Source: Chthoniobacteraceae bacterium
Lineage (GTDB): Bacteria > Verrucomicrobiota > Verrucomicrobiia > Chthoniobacterales > Chthoniobacteraceae
Direction: 5' to 3'
Assembly: GCA_031409655.1 (NCBI GenBank)
Contig: JANNXQ010000059.1
Coordinates: 1 to 14,957 of the forward strand
DNA: 14,957 bases
In this document: piece by piece, positions 7,517 to 14,957 of the stretch
Layout: the number at the start of each line of letters is the position of its first letter
Numbering within the stretch: the first letter of the stretch is position 1
Notes under the pieces: model-generated
The model's input: the letters and a program-made list of their open reading frames with translations, nothing else
What the model was told of the DNA's origin: nothing
The model's database searches: none
Position numbers and translations under genes: made by a program

Positions 7517-7543
7517 ACTGTAGGATCGACGGGAAGCTGTCAA
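7517..7543 (-). promoter_or_regulatory. Candidate sigma70-type promoter for the response regulator
   Basis: Minus strand TTGACA (7543-7538), 15-nt spacer, TACAGT (7522-7517). The -35 is perfect but the spacer is short. Confidence 0.4.
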
Positions 7544-7639
7544 CTTCTTCATCCCACTTTTCCGACGAAATCTTCGACCCGCAGGGCTCGACAAGGTGCG
7601 CACTCCCGCTCAATAGTCCCCCCCTTTCTCCGGACCGCC

Positions 7640-8275
7640 ATGAGTGTGATTTTCCTAAAACGATTTCTTCAGCGTCCTTTCCAGGTCGCCTCGATCATCC
7701 CTAGTTCGCGCACCCTGATCCGGCGCGTGGCTAATCGGATCGACTTCACCAAGCGACGCGTGATCGTGGAATTCGGCCCCGGCGAAGGCTGCCACACCCG
7801 GGAAATCGTGCGGCGCATGGACGCCCGTTCCGATCTGCTGCTCTTTGAACTCGACCCGGAACTCGCCGAACATCTGCGGCGGCAATTTCGGAACGATCCG
7901 CGAGTCGCGGTGCTGAACAGCGACGCCGCCCACCTTCGCGACGAACTCGCGAAGCGCGGCCACGACCACTGCGACTTCGTCGTTTCCGGCATCCCATTCA
8001 GCATCCTGGAGCCGGCGAAAAAGAAGGAACTCTTACGCCACACCTACGACTGCCTGGCGCCCGGTGCGCACTCGGCGTTCATCATCTATCAAGTGACGAA
8101 TGAACTGCGCGACCGCGGCCACTGCGGGCACTTTGCGCGCGCTGAGTCCGAGTATTGCCTGCAAAACATCCCGCCAATGTTTGTCACGAAGTTCTACAAA
8201 ACCGCGAATGGTCATGCCAAGAACGGGCACGCGCAAAACGGCCATCGGGTCGCGAAGCTGAGCGTCGAAGGCTGA
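7640..8275 (+). CDS. Class I SAM-dependent methyltransferase, phospholipid N-methyltransferase (PmtA)-like
   Basis: FLKRFLQRPFQVASIIPSSRTL, SAM motif IVEFGPGEG, FELDP, DA and VVSGIPF match the rhizobial-type PmtA-like family. The substrate is not provable from sequence. Confidence 0.85.
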   Translation: MSVIFLKRFLQRPFQVASIIPSSRTLIRRVANRIDFTKRRVIVEFGPGEGCHTREIVRRMDARSDLLLFELDPELAEHLRRQFRNDPRVAVLNSDAAHLRDELAKRGHDHCDFVVSGIPFSILEPAKKKELLRHTYDCLAPGAHSAFIIYQVTNELRDRGHCGHFARAESEYCLQNIPPMFVTKFYKTANGHAKNGHAQNGHRVAKLSVEG

Positions 8276-8432
8276 GCGCACCGCGCCCCAACGGGCGACT
8301 GAGATCACGCCGGGCGATTTCGCTGTAGGACAGACTCCGCGCTTGTCTCGGAAACCGCGCCGCTTTCAACTCTCCCAACCGCGCCGCGGCTGCCCCGCAA
8401 TTCTCAGATCTCCAACTCATCTCTCAATCTCC

Positions 8433-9842
8433 ATGTCCACCCGCACCGAAAAAGACTCCATGGGCACGATGGAAGTGCCCGCCGACGCCCTCTATGGGGC
8501 GAGCACCCAACGCGCCGTCCTGAACTTCCCCGTCTCCGGCTACACCTTTGGCCGGGAATTCATCCGCGCGCTCGGCCTCATCAAGTGGGCGGCGGCGGAG
8601 GCGAATCTTGAACTCGGCAAGCTCGACGAAGAGCTTGTGACCCTCATCGCGCAGGCTGCGCAGGAAGTGATCGAGGGGAAGCTCGACGCGCATTTCCCGA
8701 TCGACATCTTCCAGACCGGCAGCGGCACCTCCACGAACATGAACATCAACGAGGTGCTCGCGAATCGCTGCTCGCAGCTCGCCGGCAAGCCCGTCGGCAG
8801 CAAGACGCCGGTGCATCCCAATGACCACGTGAACATGGGCCAGAGCTCCAACGACGTGATCCCAACGGCGATCCACGTCGCCGTCGGCGAACGCCTGCGG
8901 AAGTACGTCTTGCCCGCACTGGAAAAGCTGCACGGGTCTTTTGAGCGGAAGACGGTCGAGTTTTGGGACGTCATCAAGATCGGTCGCACCCATCTCATGG
9001 ACGCGACGCCGGTGCGGCTCGGGCAGGAGTTCAGTGGCTATGCGCGGCAGATGGAACTCGCCTGCCGGCGCGCGGAGAACGCCATCGCCGCGCTGGAAGA
9101 ACTGCCCATCGGCGGCACTGCGGTCGGCACCGGGCTGAATGCGCATCCCGACTTTGCCGGCCATATCGTGCGCCATCTCGAAAATCAAACCGGCATCGCC
9201 TGGCGGGAAGCGCACAATCATTTCGAAGCACAGTCCGCCAAAGACGGCCTGGTGCAGGCCAGCGGTCAGCTCAAGACCATCGCCGTCTCGCTCTTCAAGA
9301 TCGCCAACGACCTCCGCTGGCTCGGGTCCGGCCCACGCTGTGGGATCGGCGAAATCCTCCTGCCCGAGACGCAACCCGGCTCTTCGATCATGCCCGGAAA
9401 AGTGAACCCCGTGATGTGCGAGAGCGTGATGCAGGTCTGCACGCGCGTCTTCGGCAACGACGCCACCGTCACCTGGGCCGCGGCCAATGGGAACTTTGAG
9501 CTCAATGTGATGATGCCGGTGCTCGCCCACGCGATGCTCGAAAGCTGCCGCCTGCTCGCCAATGTCGTCGATGTCTTCCGGGAAAAGTGCGTCGAAGGCA
9601 TCAAGCCAAACGTCGCCCGCTGCGGCGAACTCGTGGAATACTCGATGGCCATGGTCACAAGCCTCGCGCCGATCATCGGCTACGACCGCGCCGCGGAGAT
9701 CGCCAAGGAAAGCGCGAAGACCGGGAAGACCGTCCGCGAAATCTGCCGGGAAATGAAAGTGCTCCCCGAGGCCGAACTCGAGAAGGCGCTCGACCCCGTG
9801 GCGATGACCAAGCCCGGCGGCGAAGGCACCGCAGGCGGGTAG
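8433..9842 (+). CDS. fumC: Class II fumarate hydratase, ~469 aa
   Basis: Start reassigned to ATG 8433 (MSTRTEKDSMG). Motifs FQTGSGTSTNMN, HPNDHVNMGQSSND, KIGRTHLMDATP, signature GSSIMPGKVNP and GNFELNV. Confidence 0.96.
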   Translation: MSTRTEKDSMGTMEVPADALYGASTQRAVLNFPVSGYTFGREFIRALGLIKWAAAEANLELGKLDEELVTLIAQAAQEVIEGKLDAHFPIDIFQTGSGTSTNMNINEVLANRCSQLAGKPVGSKTPVHPNDHVNMGQSSNDVIPTAIHVAVGERLRKYVLPALEKLHGSFERKTVEFWDVIKIGRTHLMDATPVRLGQEFSGYARQMELACRRAENAIAALEELPIGGTAVGTGLNAHPDFAGHIVRHLENQTGIAWREAHNHFEAQSAKDGLVQASGQLKTIAVSLFKIANDLRWLGSGPRCGIGEILLPETQPGSSIMPGKVNPVMCESVMQVCTRVFGNDATVTWAAANGNFELNVMMPVLAHAMLESCRLLANVVDVFREKCVEGIKPNVARCGELVEYSMAMVTSLAPIIGYDRAAEIAKESAKTGKTVREICREMKVLPEAELEKALDPVAMTKPGGEGTAGG

Positions 9843-9939
9843 GTAGTAGCGCAGGCATCCTGCCTGCATTTCTAGAAGATCAGGCGAAGTGCAGGCAAGA
9901 TGCCCGCACGACCCCCACAGGCTGGAAGCCTGCGCTACC
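9843..9939. repeat. Cluster of three REP units (family C) filling the convergent fumC/TerC intergenic space
   Basis: GTAGCGCAGGCATCCTGCCTGCA (9846-9868), an inverted degenerate copy TGCAGGCAAGATGCCCGCACGAC (9890-9912), and inverted ACAGGCTGGAAGCCTGCGCTAC (9917-9938). The same family occurs at 12733-12845. Confidence 0.88.
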
Positions 9940-10686
9940 TTAATACTGCTTCCGCAGTTCCACCGGCGCCACCGCCCTCCGCCGGGCGCGCATCTTGATA
10001 TTCAGCATCTCGACCGCAAAGGAGAAGGCCATCGCAAAGTAAACATAGCCCTTCTCGATGTGCTGCCCGAAGCCATCCGCTAGGAGGACCACGCCGACGA
10101 GCAAGAGGAAAGAGAGCGCCAGCATCTTGATCGTCGGATGCTTGCTCACGAAGGCGCTGATCGGCCCCGCCGCCAAGAGCATCACGGCCATGGCCAGAAC
10201 CACCGCCGTGATCATCACCGCGATCTCCTTCGCCAGGCCCACCGCCGTGATCACGCTGTCGAGCGAGAAGACGATGTCGATGATCACGATCTGCGTGATC
10301 ACCGAAGCCATGGTCGCCTTCACCTTCATCCCTTGCTCGTGCTCCTCACCTTCCAGATTGCTGTGAATCTCGTGGACGCTTTTCCAAAGTAGGAACAATC
10401 CGCCACCGATCATCACCAGATCTTTCCCCGAGATCCCCTGGCCGAGAAACTGGAAGAGATCGGCGGTGAGTTTGGTCAGCCAGAAGATCGAGCACAGCAG
10501 CAGCACCCGCGTCACCAAGGCCAGCAGCAGGCCGACCGTCCGCGCCTTCGCCTGCTGCGCCTCGGGCAGCTTTGCAGCGAGGATCGAAATGAAGATGATG
10601 TTGTCGATCCCCAACACGATCTCCAGAACGGTGAGCGTAGTGAGGCTGATCCAAATTTGTGGGTCGGCGAGAAAAGCAATGTCCAT
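9940..10686 (-). CDS. TerC family integral membrane protein, ~248 aa
   Basis: Start ATG 10686 (MDIAFLADPQIW). Motifs LEIVLGIDNIIFISIL, QIVIIDIVFSLDSVITAVG, HPTIKMLALSFLLLVG and KGYVYFAMAFS. No CBS/CorC extension. Confidence 0.95.
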   Translation of the reverse strand: MDIAFLADPQIWISLTTLTVLEIVLGIDNIIFISILAAKLPEAQQAKARTVGLLLALVTRVLLLCSIFWLTKLTADLFQFLGQGISGKDLVMIGGGLFLLWKSVHEIHSNLEGEEHEQGMKVKATMASVITQIVIIDIVFSLDSVITAVGLAKEIAVMITAVVLAMAVMLLAAGPISAFVSKHPTIKMLALSFLLLVGVVLLADGFGQHIEKGYVYFAMAFSFAVEMLNIKMRARRRAVAPVELRKQY

Positions 10687-10784
10687 TGAGCGCAGGAAAG
10701 TGCCTGCGTTCGCCGGAGCCAAGCAAAGAACTTCGTTCGCCTCAGATCATCCCGTCGCCCATCACCCACGAAATATCCCCTCCC

Positions 10785-12731
10785 ATGCGCATCCTCCTCC
10801 TTTTCACCGCCCTCTCCATCGCCGCCCTCGCTCAAGAACCGGAGGTCCGCCCCGTCCCGCCGCCGGGCGTGAAGATCCCGGACGCCGATCGCGCGGAACT
10901 CACCGCCGGCGCCGAAGCGCTGGCGAAGGACCTCGCAAAACTGCGGACCGATCTCGCCGAAAAACCGGAGCTGCTCGCGGAACTCCCGAGCGTCGTAATC
11001 TTCCACAAGTCCGTGGATTGGGCGCTGCGCTACGACGAGTTCTTCGACGCGAAGCAAGTCGCCGTCGCCCGCGATCAACTGCTCCAAGGTCACGCCCGCG
11101 CCGCCTTTCTCCGCATAGGGGAAGCGCCGTGGAATTCCGCCACCGGCCTCGTCGTCCGCGCTTATCGCTCGTCGATCGATGGCTCCGTGCAGCCCTATGG
11201 CCTCATCGTTCCGGCGGACTGGAAGGCGGATGACAAGACGCCGCGCCGTCTCGATTTCTGGTGCCACGGTCGCGGCGAAAAACTGAGCGAGTTGAGCTTT
11301 GTCGCGGATCGGCAAAGCAAGGAAGGCGAGTTCACGCCGCCCGGAGCTTTCGTCCTCCATCTCTACGGTCGCTACTGCTGCGCGAATAAATTTGCCGGCG
11401 AGCGCGATCTCTTCGAAGCGCTTGAAGATGCGCGCCAACACTACCCGATCGACATGAATAGGCTCGTCGTCCGCGGCTTCTCCATGGGCGGCGCGAGCAC
11501 CTGGCAATTTGCCACGCACCACCCCGGCCTGTGGGCCGCCGCTGCGCCGGGTGCGGGATTCGCGGAGACCGCCGAATTTTTCCACGTCTTCGACGAAGGC
11601 AAAACGCCGCCACCCTGGTGGGAGCAGGTGCTCTGGCGCTGGTATGACTCCACCACGATGGCCGCGAATCTCATGAACGTCCCGACCGTGGCTTACTCCG
11701 GTGAGATCGATAAGCAAAAGCAGGCCGCCGACATCATGGTGCGCTCCGCCTGGCAGGAAGGTCTCGCCTTCAGCCACATCATCGGCCTCGACATCGGGCA
11801 CAAATATCACGCGGACTCGAAGCCGGTGCTCGATAAGTTCATCGAACTCGCGTGCGTGAAAGGCAACGACCCCGCGCCGAAAAAGGTGCGCTTCACCACC
11901 TACTCGCTCCTCTATCCGCAGGCAGAATGGGTCGCCATCACCGGCCTGGAAAAGCAATGGGAGCGCGCCGACGTCACCGCCGAAATCACGGCCGAGGGAG
12001 CCATAAAAATCGGGACGAAAAATGTCTCCTCGCTCGTGCTCCGGCAGCCGGGTGACCAGCGCTTCATCATCGACGGCGCCGAGGTGCAAGGAAGCGCCGC
12101 TCCCCATGCGATGACGGCGACGGCTTTTCAGAAAGAGAACGGGAAGTGGGTCGCGGCTACCCCACGCCCAGACGAACTGCGCAAATCTCCGCGTCTCTGC
12201 GGCCCCATCGATCACGCGCTCATGTCCGGCTTCGTTTTCGTGAAGCCCACCGGGCCGCCGCTCAACGCCGAAGTCGGTGTTTGGGCAAAAGGCGAACTGG
12301 CTCACGCGACCGATTTCTGGCGCAAAGTCTTCCGCGGCGCTGCGCCGTTAAAGGACGATAGCGCGATCACGGACGAGGACATCGCGAACTCGAATCTGAT
12401 CCTGTGGGGCGATCCGTCGTCGAACAAATTGCTCGCGAAGATCCTGCCAAAGCTGCCGCTGAAGTGGGACGCGAAGACGCTCGAATTCAGGGGCTACAAA
12501 CTCGCTGCTTTATACCACGCGCCGGCACTTATCTTCCCGAACCCACTCAACCCGCAGAAATACGTAGTGCTCAACAGCGGCGTGACCTTCCGCGAACTCG
12601 CGCTGCTCAACAACAGCGACCAGACGCCGAAGCTCCCCGATTGGGCGATCATCGACGTCCGCACCCCGCCCGGTCCGCAATGGCCCGGCCTCGTCGTCGA
12701 TGCCGGTTTCTTCGACGAGCAGTGGAAGTAA
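10785..12731 (+). CDS. Secreted alpha/beta-fold serine hydrolase (prolyl oligopeptidase/esterase-like), paralog 1, ~648 aa
   Basis: Start ATG 10785 gives signal peptide MRILLLFTALSIAALA-Q. Motifs YRSSIDGSVQPYGL, HGRG, nucleophile GFSMGG, candidate Asp (YSGEID) and His (GHKYH). The C-terminal domain has NLILWG and FPNPLNP. Confidence 0.88.
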   Translation: MRILLLFTALSIAALAQEPEVRPVPPPGVKIPDADRAELTAGAEALAKDLAKLRTDLAEKPELLAELPSVVIFHKSVDWALRYDEFFDAKQVAVARDQLLQGHARAAFLRIGEAPWNSATGLVVRAYRSSIDGSVQPYGLIVPADWKADDKTPRRLDFWCHGRGEKLSELSFVADRQSKEGEFTPPGAFVLHLYGRYCCANKFAGERDLFEALEDARQHYPIDMNRLVVRGFSMGGASTWQFATHHPGLWAAAAPGAGFAETAEFFHVFDEGKTPPPWWEQVLWRWYDSTTMAANLMNVPTVAYSGEIDKQKQAADIMVRSAWQEGLAFSHIIGLDIGHKYHADSKPVLDKFIELACVKGNDPAPKKVRFTTYSLLYPQAEWVAITGLEKQWERADVTAEITAEGAIKIGTKNVSSLVLRQPGDQRFIIDGAEVQGSAAPHAMTATAFQKENGKWVAATPRPDELRKSPRLCGPIDHALMSGFVFVKPTGPPLNAEVGVWAKGELAHATDFWRKVFRGAAPLKDDSAITDEDIANSNLILWGDPSSNKLLAKILPKLPLKWDAKTLEFRGYKLAALYHAPALIFPNPLNPQKYVVLNSGVTFRELALLNNSDQTPKLPDWAIIDVRTPPGPQWPGLVVDAGFFDEQWK

Positions 12732-12732
12732 C

Positions 12733-12845
12733 GTAGTAGCGCAGGCTTCCAGCCTGTAGCGGTCGCGCGGGCTTCCAGCCTGCAATGCCGAACGCAGGCA
12801 AGGATGCCTGCGCAACAACCGCAGGCTGGAAGCCTGCGCTACTAC
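12733..12845. repeat. Four-unit palindromic REP cluster (family C, BIME/REPIN-like) between the tandem hydrolase genes
   Basis: Perfect 24-bp outer inverted repeat GTAGTAGCGCAGGCTTCCAGCCTG (12733-12756 / 12822-12845) enclosing two degenerate inverted units (12761-12784, 12793-12816). Confidence 0.92.
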
Positions 12846-12862
12846 CCACCATCCTCACCACC

Positions 12863-14818
12863 ATGCGCCTACTCCTCCCCATCTTCCTCGCCCTCGCGAT
12901 CACCGCTTCCGCGCAGCCTCCACCCGCCAAACGCCTTCCGCCGGCTGGCGTCGCCATCCCCGACGCCGATCGCACCGCCCTCACCGTCGGCGTCGCGGCC
13001 CTCGGTAAGGAGATCAACGACCTGCGCACTTCGCTGAAAGACAAACCCGAGTTGCTCGCCCTGCTCCCCGATGTGGAGATCTTCCACAAGGCCGTCGATT
13101 GGGCGCTGCGCTACGATGAGTTCTTCAACGTGAAACAGACCGCAACGGCGAAGACGATGCTCCAGCAAGGCACCGAACGCGCACAGCAACTCAAGGCCGG
13201 CACAGCCCCGTGGACCGAAGCCACCGGACTCATCGTCCGCGGCTATCGCTCGAAGATCGACGACTCCGTGCAGCCCTATGGCCTGACCGTGCCGCCAACG
13301 TGGAAGAAGGGCGACACGATGCCGCGCCGCCTCGATCTCTGGCTGCTCGGCCGCGGCGAAACGCGCACCGAACTCGCCTTCCTCGCCGAACGCCAGAAGC
13401 CCTCCACCTTCGAGTCCGAAGACACCATCGTCCTCACGCCCTACGGCCGCTTTTGCAACGCAACCAAGTTCGCTGGCGAGACAGACGTCTTCGAAGCAAT
13501 GGAGTCGGTGAAGAAGCAATTCGTGATCGATCCACGACGCATCGTCGTCCGCGGCTTCTCCATGGGCGGCGCGAGCACCTGGCATCTTTCCACTCATCAT
13601 CCGGGCGTCTGGTGCGCCGCATCGCCCGGCGCGGGCTTCGCCGAAACGCCGGTTTACGCCAAGGTCTTCGACGCCGGGAAGGACTTCAGGCCCTGGTGGG
13701 AGCAGCAGCTCTGGCACTGGTACAATGCGACCGACTACGTCGCGAATCTCTTCCATGTGCCGATGGTCGTTTACAGCGGCGAGGAGGATGCGCAGAAGGC
13801 CGCAGCGGATTTGATGGTCAAGATGGCCGCGCACGAAGGACTGCAGTTACCGCACCTCATCGGACCCAAGACGGGGCACAAATATCACCCCGAAACGAAG
13901 CTGGAGGTGGCGTCGAAAGTGGACGCGCTTGCCGCCGTCGGTCTGGCGACTGAGCCACCGCGCGTGAAGCTGACCACTTACACGCTGATCTATCCCGACT
14001 CTCACTGGGTGCATTTGGAAGGGCTCCAGAAGCATTGGGTGCGCACCAGTGTGGATGCGAAGGTCGATGGCAACCGGATCGTCGCGACCACGAAGAACGT
14101 GTCGGCGATCACCTTCACCACGCCTTTCGCCAGCGGCGCGCCAGCCAGCGAGCGGGTCAAGGAAGTTGTCTTGGATGGCGTAAAGCTAACGCCTCAGTGG
14201 AACAAGGCCGGGACGCAGTTTCATCAGGAGAATGGCCAGTGGGTGTCCGGCCGCGGGGTCGCCGGAGGCAAGCGGCCGGGCCTCACGGGCCCGATCGATC
14301 ATGCCTTCGTCGATCGCTTTGTCTTCGTGCGCCCCACCGGCAAGTCGCTGAACGAAGCGATGGCAGTGTGGGTCGCTGGCGAACTGAATCATGCGACAAA
14401 AATGTGGCGCGACATCTTCCGCGGTGAAGCACCGGTGAAGGACGACAGTGACATCAACAACGAAGACATCGCCGAGAGCAACCTCGTCCTGTGGGGCGAT
14501 CCATCGTCGAACACGGTGCTTGCGAAGATTCTCTCGAAGCTCCCGCTGAAATGGGATCCGAAGACCCTGGAGTTCCGTGGCTACAAGCTCGATGCCGCGC
14601 ATCATGCGCCGGTCCTCATCTTCCCGAATCCGCTGAATCCGAATCGCTACGTGGTGCTGAATAGCGGCATCGACTTCCGCGACGAAGCCTACGGCACGAA
14701 CTCACTCCAGACGCCGAAGCTGCCCGATTGGGCGATCATCGACCTGCGTACCCCGCCCGGCCCGCGCTGGCCGGGGCTCGTCGTGGATGCTGGCTTCTTC
14801 GATGAGCAGTGGAAGTGA
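12863..14818 (+). CDS. Secreted alpha/beta-fold serine hydrolase, paralog 2, ~651 aa
   Basis: Start ATG 12863 gives signal peptide MRLLLPIFLALAITASA-Q. Collinear with paralog 1: GFSMGG, YSGEED, GHKYH and the identical terminus WPGLVVDAGFFDEQWK. Confidence 0.88.
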   Translation: MRLLLPIFLALAITASAQPPPAKRLPPAGVAIPDADRTALTVGVAALGKEINDLRTSLKDKPELLALLPDVEIFHKAVDWALRYDEFFNVKQTATAKTMLQQGTERAQQLKAGTAPWTEATGLIVRGYRSKIDDSVQPYGLTVPPTWKKGDTMPRRLDLWLLGRGETRTELAFLAERQKPSTFESEDTIVLTPYGRFCNATKFAGETDVFEAMESVKKQFVIDPRRIVVRGFSMGGASTWHLSTHHPGVWCAASPGAGFAETPVYAKVFDAGKDFRPWWEQQLWHWYNATDYVANLFHVPMVVYSGEEDAQKAAADLMVKMAAHEGLQLPHLIGPKTGHKYHPETKLEVASKVDALAAVGLATEPPRVKLTTYTLIYPDSHWVHLEGLQKHWVRTSVDAKVDGNRIVATTKNVSAITFTTPFASGAPASERVKEVVLDGVKLTPQWNKAGTQFHQENGQWVSGRGVAGGKRPGLTGPIDHAFVDRFVFVRPTGKSLNEAMAVWVAGELNHATKMWRDIFRGEAPVKDDSDINNEDIAESNLVLWGDPSSNTVLAKILSKLPLKWDPKTLEFRGYKLDAAHHAPVLIFPNPLNPNRYVVLNSGIDFRDEAYGTNSLQTPKLPDWAIIDLRTPPGPRWPGLVVDAGFFDEQWK

Positions 14819-14837
14819 ACTGCGCGCCAGGGAACTT

Positions 14838-14957
14838 CTGGGGAGCATACGCGTCTCGCGTGTGGGTTTCGGCGTCCCGCCGAAACTAACTTTCTGAGGC
14901 AAGCGAAGTTCGTTCTGCGATGGGCAACCACGGGGCACGGAAAGTTCGTCGCGGCGG
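14838..14957. repeat. GGAG-tagged double-hairpin REP/REPIN-like element (family D), right arm truncated by window edge
   Basis: GGAG (14842-14845) is followed by hairpin CATACGCG-TCT-CGCGTGTG (14846-14864) and perfect hairpin GTTTCGGCG-TCC-CGCCGAAAC (14866-14886). 14877-14894 matches the reverse complement of 14940-14957 at 15/18. Confidence 0.7.

Noticed and set aside
8424..9869. 481-aa - strand ORF (likewise 10512-12305, 12869-13834 and 6880-7509)
   Set aside because: Antisense shadows of fumC, the hydrolases and the response regulator.
9940..10686. Tellurite-resistance or defence island
   Set aside because: A stand-alone TerC-family gene with no terABDEZ neighbours, which is common in ordinary chromosomes.
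12733..12845. Possible mini-CRISPR array (also 9843-9939)
   Set aside because: The units are inverted and degenerate, spacers are only ~4-21 nt, and no cas genes are present. This fits REP clusters.

Overview
GC-rich bacterial chromosomal window. Gene content, the absence of Shine-Dalgarno sites and the repeat types suggest Verrucomicrobiota/PVC (inference). From left to right: the 3' end of an IS630-family element that appears to have inserted at a TA inside a small zinc-ribbon gene missed by the ORF track; a secreted Fes-like esterase (-); a co-oriented run of an orphan ABC-2-type permease, two coiled-coil proteins with C-terminal membrane anchors, ogt, gatC and gatA (no gatB); an orphan excisionase-HTH/receiver response regulator (-); a PmtA-like methyltransferase; fumC; a TerC-family protein (-); and two tandem paralogous ~650-aa secreted serine hydrolases. 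Five intergenic sites carry REP/REPIN-like palindromes of four sequence families sharing a G(T/G)AG + stem + 3-nt loop design. The window is mostly housekeeping. I cannot demonstrate a new system from the sequence alone. The best leads are the permease plus tail-anchored coiled-coil module, the REP families, the IS-disrupted zinc-ribbon gene and the hydrolase pair.
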